From an uncultured Acidobacteriota bacterium (GTDB lineage Bacteria; Acidobacteriota; Blastocatellia; RBC074): 64,000 bases of DNA. A model generated the notes under the pieces. The model had not been told where the DNA came from. It made no database searches and was given only the letters and a program-made list of their open reading frames with translations. The stretch lies in contig CAWCKY010000003.1 in the NCBI GenBank assembly GCA_963796275.1, positions 1,152,001 through 1,216,000 of the forward strand. Direction: 5' to 3'. Numbering within the stretch: the stretch's first letter is position 1; the number at the start of each line of letters is the position of its first letter. Positions 1 through 8,311 of the stretch are shown piece after piece. The translations under genes were made by a program, and so were the position numbers.

Positions 1-1
1 G

Positions 2-298
2 GAAGCCGTGCCTGCCTTGATCCCCATGCTCAAGGATTCGGATGCAAGGGTTCGAAGTTCCGGAGCCTTTATATTAGGGCGAATCGGGCCGGCGGCGAAG
101 GATGCCGTGCCAGTGTTAATCGAGTGGCTCAAGGATCCAGATGCGAATGTTCGCAGTTTCGGAGCAAATACATTAGGTGGGATCGGGCTGGCGGCGAAGG
201 AGGCCATGCCGGCGCTGATTGAGGCACTCAATGACCCGGAGTCACGTGTTCGCAGCTCCGTAAAAGGAGCATTAGCGAAGATCGGATCTGCGCCATAG
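2..298 (+). CDS. HEAT-repeat protein (5' partial, runs off window start)
   Basis: Repeating AVPALIxxLKDxDxxVRxxAAxxLGxIG units; reading frame open from position 2. Confidence 0.85.
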   Translation, partial: EAVPALIPMLKDSDARVRSSGAFILGRIGPAAKDAVPVLIEWLKDPDANVRSFGANTLGGIGLAAKEAMPALIEALNDPESRVRSSVKGALAKIGSAP

Positions 299-365
299 AA
301 ACCCTAACAATTCTCTCTACGCAGATAATCTCAGCGGCGCAATGACCAGCAATGCATACGGAGAG

Positions 366-408
366 GAGCGTGTGCTATCGGGAAGCCGGCTTCCCGAAGC
401 ACACGCTC
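366..408. repeat. 43-bp near-perfect palindrome (REP-like or terminator hairpin)
   Basis: GAGCGTGTGCT-A-TCGGGAAGCC|GGCTTCCCGA-AGCACACGCTC, with one bulged A. Confidence 0.75.
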
Positions 409-436
409 ATTTGATAGTCCTGCATGGATACTCCGA

Positions 437-1804
437 TTGGAAGCTGTTGAAATTGCTGGATTTAGAATTCAATCACTCACTTGTAATGTGTCCGGCAGTA
501 AAAACACCACCACACGCCGCCGTGACCGGTCACCGGGCATTCATCTCGATGGAGATGAGAAAACTTACCGCCTCATGCTGTTCGCTCTCGGGCTCAAAAA
601 ATCATCGATTACCTCCTGCGCGCTATGGCCCCACTGCGTCCGGCCGAGAAACTTCTACCGTGGCGCATATGTGCCGCAGACAGCAAAGAAAGGTGCGACG
701 GAATTTGACGATGAGATCAGTGCCAAACGGGCAGCGCTGCGCAAATTTTGGGGAGCGAGCGTTCTGGGGCGTTGGTCACGCTGATCGAGGCCGCGCACAA
801 CTCATCGCGAATTCCTGCCAACGCTTTCTAACACTATCCGGGTGAAATGGGTGACATCATCCGGAATTTGCCAGACATCATAATTTTTCTGCCAACTGAT
901 GATCTCGACAGTTGACGTCGGAGAGAGTGAACAAATTGAAGCATCAATTCAGGTGGGGATCGTTCGAGTTGCGCTCTCTCTTCCCGACGTGCTCGTCGAT
1001 TTTCGGCTGATACAGCATCACACTATCGACGATTTAAACGTCTACGAGAGAGGCTTCTACGAGCGGTTGCTGTATATGATGTTTAGTTGCACGGAGGTCC
1101 ATTTAATTGAACAATCGATTACTGATATTCAGATAGCTATACTTTCCTACATAGATGAGTTGATCGATGGTCTTACGGATTCCATTAACCAGGTCCACTC
1201 ACCAGGCATAGAGTATTTGACTTTTCCTGGGAGACCGCCGCCCAAGGTAGAAGGGCACTGGCCCCGCGTCACGATGTGCGCAGAGTTTGGTGAACGGGAG
1301 TGATCGGTGCCGATCTTGTTCTCCCAGGTAAGGGTGCAGGTGACAATGGGGGCTAGAGCGCCATCGGCTTTAGCGTGCGTCCTCAGCATCAGCACGCGTC
1401 CTCAGCAAAGAGGCGGTAGAGATGATCTCTACCGCCTCGGCGACGGAATCGCTCCCACCCGCTTAGTAATCGATGATGCACAACCAAAGAATACCAGTAA
1501 CACAAGCCCGGTTACTGATCAATTAGTTCGTAACTCGGTCCTCGCGGATGTTGAAAATCCTGAGACAATTCATTCGTCAAGGGTCTTGCGAGGGAAAAGT
1601 CATAGCCCCGTTGATTTTTGCGGGCGGCTGCGTTTCCCCGTCGCTACCGTAACAGAAATCAATATTTCTCCCGGAACCCAGTATCAGCGAGACATCATCG
1701 TGTGTCCGATATCTGACCTGGTCAGAGGCACGGAATTTTTTCAAAGAGTGCTGAAAGTGCGAATGGTAGCACAACCCCTAAAGCCATTGGAGGCTACCAA
1801 GTGA
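437..1804 (+). pseudogene. Possible decayed gene(s) of unknown function (ORF pieces 437-784, 899-1303, 1307-1804)
   Basis: Consecutive protein-like + strand ORF fragments, no recognisable motif. Confidence 0.25.
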
Positions 1805-1811
1805 AACCACT

Positions 1812-2378
1812 TCATACGTACAGTAATTCTGTTTTACCGGAAAGCTGAAGGCTGCTCTCCGGAGTATTCAGCCTCGCAGTCAATCGACTCTTGGCCAGAT
1901 TTCCCACCGTGGTTGTCGGATTGAAAAACTTTGATCGCCAGTCGACGATTTCGACCGTCAACTCGGTATACTGACCGTCTTTGAGGACATAGACGCCGAT
2001 TTCACCGGGCAGAGCACTATTTTCACCGGGTGCTCCGGGAGCGGCTGTTTTAGGTCGCGCGGCGGTCAGCATGGCAGTGATGATCTTCTCACTGACCCCA
2101 GCATTTTTTAGGGTTAGCAGCCCGTCTGCGGAAGTGTCAAAATGTGGCTCGTTTGTGCGGATGGCTTCGAGAATGGTTTCTTCACTAAAACCGGCTTTAA
2201 TCATTTTGAGTATATCGTCATTGGTGAATGCTTTGTTCTGCCCGAAGCTGAGAGCTGAGGTCCAGCTGATCAGGACTACCAGGCAACAGCAGATTCCAAT
2301 GCGTGCCAGGCGTGAATGTAGCAAATTGTAGTTCGGGCCACGGACTCGCCCCTCGCCATCCGTTACGTTTTTTTTCAT
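1812..2378 (-). CDS. Hypothetical exported protein, probably 3'-truncated
   Basis: Signal-like hydrophobic segment followed by FTNDDILKMIKAGFSEETI...FDTSADGLLTLKNAGVSEKII helical motif; purine-rich RBS-like tract upstream. Confidence 0.65.
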   Translation of the reverse strand: MKKNVTDGEGRVRGPNYNLLHSRLARIGICCCLVVLISWTSALSFGQNKAFTNDDILKMIKAGFSEETILEAIRTNEPHFDTSADGLLTLKNAGVSEKIITAMLTAARPKTAAPGAPGENSALPGEIGVYVLKDGQYTELTVEIVDWRSKFFNPTTTVGNLAKSRLTARLNTPESSLQLSGKTELLYV

Positions 2379-2613
2379 AATTTCTTCCTTGCTACATTTG
2401 CGATGCCAATTGGACCAGCGTAGGTTGTGGGCTGGTGGGGGCCGCGCCGGGCAGCTTGACCACGGCCCCTTTCGCGATCTCAGGCGCGAGTCGCGTCGCC
2501 AAAATCGGTTCGGGCCGCAAGCTCCAGGAATGGCCCATTTGCGTATAAATCGGCGTCATGGGTCAACAAACAATATTTGGCGTACTGTGGTGGAGGTGAC
2601 TTTCTACCACCTC

Positions 2614-2913
2614 TCACGGTCGGGCTTTGCACGGGCCCGTGTTTGAAATCTGCCGCGTTAGCGTCACTGATCCGTCCTCGCATATGTAGGTGCATAGCCG
2701 TTCGCAACAAACCGCCGGATTCCGTTGATCGATACACGCCTCCTGTAGCGTGCATCCTTGCGCGGCAGGTTCGCATGGCGGGGCGTTATGGGGGTTTCCC
2801 CCAAAGTTAGTTGTCGGCAATGTTACCTCGCGGCCCGTAACTCCGCCATATGGCGTGATTGATGCCGTTATGACGAGAAGTAGCAATACTATTGTTAATC
2901 TTTGCTTTTTCAT
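2614..2913 (-). CDS. Small secreted Cys-rich protein (8 Cys)
   Basis: GGAGG RBS; MKKQR + hydrophobic signal peptide; hairpin just after the stop. Confidence 0.6.
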   Translation of the reverse strand: MKKQRLTIVLLLLVITASITPYGGVTGREVTLPTTNFGGNPHNAPPCEPAAQGCTLQEACIDQRNPAVCCERLCTYICEDGSVTLTRQISNTGPCKARP

Positions 2914-2957
2914 TTCAGTCCTCCGTGACTTTATATTAACGAAGAATAAATGGCCCC

Positions 2958-3589
2958 TTAATTGACCAAGAGTCTCATTGTTTTCCTCACCTCGTAATAC
3001 ACACCAAACTCAAAAAAGCTTCGCTCCGTTGAAAGTTTTTTTCTCAACCCTGTCAATTCCCCCCGCAGCCTCCGCTTCGCGCGCACCAACAGCGACCCGA
3101 CGGCCTTGAACGAAAGGCCCAGTTCCGCCGCCGTTTCGGCGTAACTGCACTCTTCCTCATAGCACAGGGTCAAAGCCAATCGCTGATTGGGCGGCAGTTT
3201 AGCCATGGCTGCGGCCATGACAGTTCGCTGCTCTTCGTGCGCAAGCTCTCCCTCCAGATCGTCAATTGCGCGCGCATCTTTTAACAGTTCGATGAACGTA
3301 CGATTCCTGTTTCTCCTGACAGCATTGCGGCAGAGATTGGTGAGAATCGAGAAGAACCAGGTTTTAAAAGAGGCGGTCTCAGGATTGTACAGGTAAGCGC
3401 GCCGGTGGACTTGCAGGAAAGCATCTTGGACCAGGTCTTCGGCCTCAGCATGTTGCCCGATACATCGCTGCGCCACTCGCAACGCCGGCTTCTGGTAGAG
3501 ATCGAACAGAGTTTCGAAAGCCCTTGCGTCGCCATGGCTCACGCGCAGAATCAGGCCCTCATCAGTGACCGTCGTGGCGTTGGCCCCAT
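2958..3589 (-). CDS. ECF sigma-70 factor (start shifted by a G-run indel; intact ORF 2958-3542)
   Basis: TDEGLILRVSHGDARAFE N-terminus, AEDLVQDAF, FKTWFFSILTNLCRN, region 4 SYAETAAELG. Confidence 0.9.
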
Positions 3590-3742
3590 GGCAACGATGT
3601 TAACTTATGCCATATAGTGCATAATCGCCCTTATCCCCTGCATAAGGGCGAATTGCTGTTAGGACTTTTATTGGCGGGCCTTTTTCGTTAGTCTGCTTTA
3701 CTCTATCAAGTACTATGTGCACATAGGGGCTCGGGCGACTCG

Positions 3743-4213
3743 TTGCATGGGCCGGCCCACCGGGAGGAATTCCAAGAGTTCGTGATCTCCCAATACGACA
3801 AAGCCTATCGACCGATCCTGCGCCGCCTCTATGTTATGTGGGAGAAGTACGCTAAGTATCTATTGGCTGAAGAGTCGATGATCCCGCCCTACATAATGCT
3901 GGCGTCTCCTTCCCTTCCACAGCATTTCGGAGATTATTCTCCAGTGAGCGGGTTCGGCGGACATTCGCAGATTCGTCTCCGTCCGACGCTCCTGACGGGG
4001 CAGCACAAAGCGATGAAGAAAGGCGACCGATACGCGGAAGGGAGGTTGCTTTTCGTGTGTGACGTTCTTCTCCATGAGACCATCCACCAGTACCATCACG
4101 AAATCACGGGAAAGACGGAAGACTCTTACAAAGGGCACGGCCCGCACTTTAGGGACACAGGCAACCTCGTGGGAAAGAATCTTTGGCTTGGTCAGGTGCG
4201 CGTTGCCAAATGA
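3743..4213 (+). CDS. SprT-like zinc metalloprotease domain, probably truncated
   Basis: LLHETIHQ (HExxH) followed by GHGPHF. Confidence 0.6.
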   Translation: MHGPAHREEFQEFVISQYDKAYRPILRRLYVMWEKYAKYLLAEESMIPPYIMLASPSLPQHFGDYSPVSGFGGHSQIRLRPTLLTGQHKAMKKGDRYAEGRLLFVCDVLLHETIHQYHHEITGKTEDSYKGHGPHFRDTGNLVGKNLWLGQVRVAK

Positions 4214-4403
4214 TGGCGGGGGCCTTGCTGGACACGGCGGTGACCACGGACATCGGATACCTCAACCTCCTCGCAGCGCAGGAAGCCGCCAATACGCTGA
4301 TGCGTGGCTTTACGAGTGTGCGCGACATGGGGTACCCGCGTTTGGGCTCAAACGAGCCATTGACGAGGGCATAGTCGTGGGCCCGTACGCGGGATTGCAA
4401 TAA
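4210..4403 (+). pseudogene. Internal fragment of an amidohydrolase-family gene
   Basis: AANTLMRGFTSVRDMG + PAFGLKRAIDEGIVVGP across a frameshift; both ends missing. Confidence 0.7.
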
Positions 4404-4442
4404 ATTCCAATTGATCATATTCATAACAGGAGGAGAAACCAC

Positions 4443-4928
4443 ATGAGCCATCTATCTGAGACCATTGCGAATGGATTCATTGCGACCTATCGGGACTTCG
4501 CCGGGGAAGTGCGCGCTCTTTCGGCAGAACTCTCGGAGCGACAATTCTGGACGAAGCCGTTTCCATACGGAAACAGTTTTGGTCATCTGACTCTTCACCA
4601 GGCCGGTAATTTGAACTATTACCTGGGCGCGCATATCTCCGAGACGGGATATGTCCGTGACCGTGACCGCGAATTTAACGAAAGCGACCCTCCGTCGAAG
4701 GAGGAGGCCTTACGGCTGCTCGACGAGGCGGTGGAAATGGTGGTCAAGGCGCTCGAATTGCAGACGGCCGATTCCTGGACCTCTGAATATAGGGCGACGG
4801 GTGCCGAGATCGTGCATGACAGATTTACGATATTCCTGAGGTGTCTGGCCCATTTTCAACACCATCTCGGGCAGATGATCTATATCGTCAATGGGCATTC
4901 AAGTCTCCATTCTGCGGAGAACAAATAA
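4443..4928 (+). CDS. DinB/DUF1572-family protein
   Basis: AGGAGG RBS; GNSFGHLTLHQAGNL, RDRDREF, HFQHHLGQMIY motifs. Confidence 0.85.
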   Translation: MSHLSETIANGFIATYRDFAGEVRALSAELSERQFWTKPFPYGNSFGHLTLHQAGNLNYYLGAHISETGYVRDRDREFNESDPPSKEEALRLLDEAVEMVVKALELQTADSWTSEYRATGAEIVHDRFTIFLRCLAHFQHHLGQMIYIVNGHSSLHSAENK

Positions 4929-5154
4929 TCCGCAGGGCAACGCGGGTCATTTGTGCCGGGCTTCGGAAGGATTGATGGTGAACTTTCGGCAAATATATGC
5001 TTGCCGAAAGCTCACGGACATCTCTAGGCCACTTCCTCGCCTTCTCATATTAATCTCGTCAGCGCCAACCCTTGATAAATGGAGTAAGATGTCTCGTGTA
5101 TAAGAGACATGTACCAAGCGCTCGAAGTTCAATCAAGTAACCATAGAAGAATAC

Positions 5155-5550
5155 ATGTCAAATATCGAGGGGGACCTGGATATCTATTTTGTGGATGAGG
5201 GGATTGAATTGCTCTATCACAGAGAGGTAAGGACTATCGAGATTACGGCATGGAAAGATTCTCTGTTTGATGCCCAAGACTGGCTGATATTTTTGAGTCC
5301 GGATGCGCTTCGCGACGATCCGAATGCGGCCGACGATCAGGCCCGTCTTTGATTGCGACTCGATGAATCTCTCAACAAGCTACGGAATGCAGCTCGATTG
5401 CGGGACGCCTTTAGGGCGGGCATTAGAGAGGCTCATGCGCATTCTACATATAAATATACGCCGCTAAAACAATACATCGCATATATCAAGAACGGATACA
5501 GCCGAGGGATAAGGGATGCTCTGAACGGCGTGGGCAGAAGGAGAGGTTAA
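5155..5550 (+). pseudogene. Hypothetical protein interrupted by one in-frame TGA (5350-5352)
   Basis: Two 65-aa ORFs abut in the same frame. Confidence 0.4.
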
Positions 5551-6142
5551 TATGGCAAAACCACGAGACACTCACCCAACAGGGTTTGGTCTCGACTCTG
5601 GAAATCAAGAACTATTAACTCGTAATGGCTCACAGAGTCGTTTATACAATATATATGACACCCTCGCGTGCACCCATCGCGCACTTTAGTTTCCCAGCAA
5701 CTTAACCCAATATTACTGTTGAACATTTACTGCTGAGACTGATTCGTGAATGTTCGGGCGTTTGCCCAGATGTTCAAACAACATAATCCACCTTGTGCCT
5801 CGCTTGTTAATCAGTCAAGTTAGTTTGCCGCCTAAATAACTGATTCTAAGTCCAGATGCTGTATAACACGTCGAAAGCACAGTGTTGTCAAATTTTGTTG
5901 TTATGTAGGCCAAGAGTAAAACCGAGAACCCGATATGTTTACTCCATTTTCCACACTAGAAAATTGTGTGCAAATGTGTAATTGGGTTGACGTGTCAGGG
6001 GTGTTTTATAAAGTTCAATGCGCCCCTCAGGCCATGCCTGTAAAGGCAGGGGTAAGGACGGATGGTGACTGTGATCTGACTCGTTGCCCTACCGGTTGTT
6101 CATTTGTCACCATCCGGTTTCTGGGAAATCCCCCTTTTTGAT

Positions 6143-6498
6143 TCACGCAACAAAAGGGTATTCATTTACAAATTCCCCCTCAAGCGATTCCGACAAACAC
6201 AAGGTATTCAAGACAAAAAAATCCTTCAATACCAAAGGTTGGCATTCTCTTACGAGCAGATCGCCATCGTTGATCCCGGCATTGATCATCGAATCGCCAT
6301 GGCCGGAAGTCTGGTAGGCGAGATTGTCAGGAGCTTTTGCCATATCCTCAACGGTTTCTATAATCGCGGGCTTGGCCGGTAATTTGAGCAGAATGTTCTT
6401 AAGTATTGGTTTGCCGAACTTCCAAGCGTCGATCGTGGTCGGCGCGGTGGGGTGATGATGGTCACCTCAAACTTTGTGACATGACCGGCTAGGCTCAT
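6143..6498 (-). pseudogene. Small frameshifted ORF containing an S24 (LexA/UmuD-type) peptidase serine motif
   Basis: GGAGG RBS + ATG at 6498; GDSMINAGINDGDLLV; remainder of the S24 domain absent. Confidence 0.45.
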
Positions 6499-6691
6499 CT
6501 GCCTCCGATATTTCGTATGGGTGAGAACGGTAATGCCATGACTTGCTAGCCCCGGCGCGCACAAGGCTGAGGACGCTGTGTTGCTCTGGCAGAGCGTTCT
6601 GCAATAGAATCCGGCTAGTTCCTAAGCAGTCAGATCGAGCGCAGCAACTGGGCTTCTCAAGCGACTGTCCCTGTCACCGTCTCGTCCCACA

Positions 6692-6763
6692 GCGAAGATT
6701 ACTCAGAGAGCCGCTTAGAAATCCTTTGAAATTCCCTTTTTATTTTTAGAGGTTCTTAGAACG
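6692..6763 (-). promoter_or_regulatory. Phased direct-repeat operator-like array (leftward orientation)
   Basis: On the - strand: TTCTAAGAAC CTCTAA...TTCAAAG GATTTCTAAG, period 10-11 bp; 15/16 match to 8183-8198. Confidence 0.6.
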
Positions 6764-6766
6764 GCG

Positions 6767-8143
6767 ATGAGTAGTTCGACCATACATTTCTACGAGTTCG
6801 ATTCCTTCCGCATTGATCTAGTGAGACGTCGTCTGCTACGCGACAATGAAGTGGTGCCGCTGACGGAGAAGGTTTTTGCTACCTTGTCGGCGCTCGTCGA
6901 ACACAGCGGGCAGGTAGTAAGGAAGGATAGGTTGATGGAGCTGATCTGGCCCGATAGCTTTGTTGAGGAGGGCAACCTCTCCTTCAACGTCTGCGTACTG
7001 CGCAGGGCGCTCGGCGAAAGGCCTCACGAGCACCGTTACATCATGACGGTTCCAGGGGAAGGCTACCGCTTTGTGGCTAGTGTGAAGCCGATTGAGTCAG
7101 GCGATACAATTCCAGATACGGCTGTGCGCCGGGAGGAGCCGGCGCCTCCCGGCGGCGCGCTCCGCTTGAATTCTTCATTCTACATTACGCGGCCGACCGA
7201 CGAGCGATTCCGGGAGGCCATCAAGCGGCAAGACAGCATCATACTGGTTAAGGGGGCGCGGCAGGTGGGCAAATCATCGCTCTTGGCCCGCGGTTTTCAT
7301 CAGGCGCGGGAGGCGGGAGCCAAAGTGGTCTGGACCGATTTCCAAAGTCTCAACGCCGCCTACCTGGAATCGGCCGAGAAGCTCTTTCTGATGCTCGCCG
7401 AATTGGTGGCTGACCAACTCGATCTGGACGTCTCCCCCGATCAAGTTTGGAATCCCCGCATCGGTCCGAGCAGTAACCTCGAGCTCTACTTGCGGCGTGA
7501 GGCGTTGGCCAATGTTTCGGCCCCGATCGTGTGGAGCCTGGATGAGGTTGATCGACTTTTCGCCTGCGATTTCGGAAGCGAGGTCTTCGGGCTGTTTCGC
7601 TCCTGGCATAACCTGCGAGCGATCGAGCCGGCCTGGCAGCGGCTCACGCTCGTGATGGCATATGCGACCGAAGCGCGTCTGTTCATCACCGACCCTAATC
7701 AATCGCCATTCAACGTCGGGACGCACTTCCGGCTCGGAGACTTTACTTTCGAACAAGTGTCCGAACTCAACCGCCGCTATAACTCTCCTTTGCCTGATGG
7801 CGAAGCAGTCGCGCGATATTTCCATTTGGTCGGCGGGCATCCCTATCTGGTACAGCGCGGCCTATACGAGATGGCGGGCGGGCTGGAATGGACGGCTTTG
7901 GAGGCTCAGGCGGACGATGATGAGGGGTTATTCGGCAACCATTTGCGCCACCTGCTCGACTCGCTCAGATGGGACGCGGCGCTGTGTGAAGTAGTGAGCG
8001 GGCTACTTCGGGGAGAGCCGTGTGCGACCGCGGATAGTTTTTACCGCCTGCGCAGCGCAGGTGTGGTGGTGGGAAACTCTGCGCGCGAGGCGAAGCTGCG
8101 CTGCCAGTTGTATGCAAACTATCTCAGCCGGCATTTGCTGTAA
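6767..8143 (+). CDS. OmpR/CadC-type winged-helix + AAA_35 (STAND-like) ATPase transcription regulator
   Basis: N-terminal YEFDSFRID...WPDSFVEEGNL...YIMTVPGEGYRF; Walker A GARQVGKS; Walker B WSLDEVD; SPFNVG; GGHPYL. Confidence 0.9.
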   Translation: MSSSTIHFYEFDSFRIDLVRRRLLRDNEVVPLTEKVFATLSALVEHSGQVVRKDRLMELIWPDSFVEEGNLSFNVCVLRRALGERPHEHRYIMTVPGEGYRFVASVKPIESGDTIPDTAVRREEPAPPGGALRLNSSFYITRPTDERFREAIKRQDSIILVKGARQVGKSSLLARGFHQAREAGAKVVWTDFQSLNAAYLESAEKLFLMLAELVADQLDLDVSPDQVWNPRIGPSSNLELYLRREALANVSAPIVWSLDEVDRLFACDFGSEVFGLFRSWHNLRAIEPAWQRLTLVMAYATEARLFITDPNQSPFNVGTHFRLGDFTFEQVSELNRRYNSPLPDGEAVARYFHLVGGHPYLVQRGLYEMAGGLEWTALEAQADDDEGLFGNHLRHLLDSLRWDAALCEVVSGLLRGEPCATADSFYRLRSAGVVVGNSAREAKLRCQLYANYLSRHLL

Positions 8144-8170
8144 CCGCTCATCGCTATTCAGCTCATCCGC

Positions 8171-8230
8171 GCCACGAAGAGTTTCTAAGAACTTCTAAGC
8201 GCCTTTAAAGACTTCTCAATGGTCTTCAGC
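8171..8230 (+). promoter_or_regulatory. 10-bp phased direct-repeat operator-like array
   Basis: gtttcTAAGa/acttcTAAGc/gccttTAAAg/acttcTCAAt/ggtctTCAGc in exact 10-bp register upstream of 8312. Confidence 0.65.
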
Positions 8231-8311
8231 GTAGGGTCATCTCGGTCGTGATTCGATCATTGGGGTATTCGATCTCACAACCGTTACACCTTCGTAAAGG
8301 AAATAATCGTT

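Noticed and set aside
5350-5352. Selenocysteine or genetic-code reassignment of TGA
   Set aside because: TGA is a normal stop in many genes here; no redox motif context or evident SECIS
6746-8198. IS or invertible element bounded by 16-bp inverted repeats
   Set aside because: No transposase or recombinase in the window and no target duplication seen; the repeats are part of phased arrays better explained as operators
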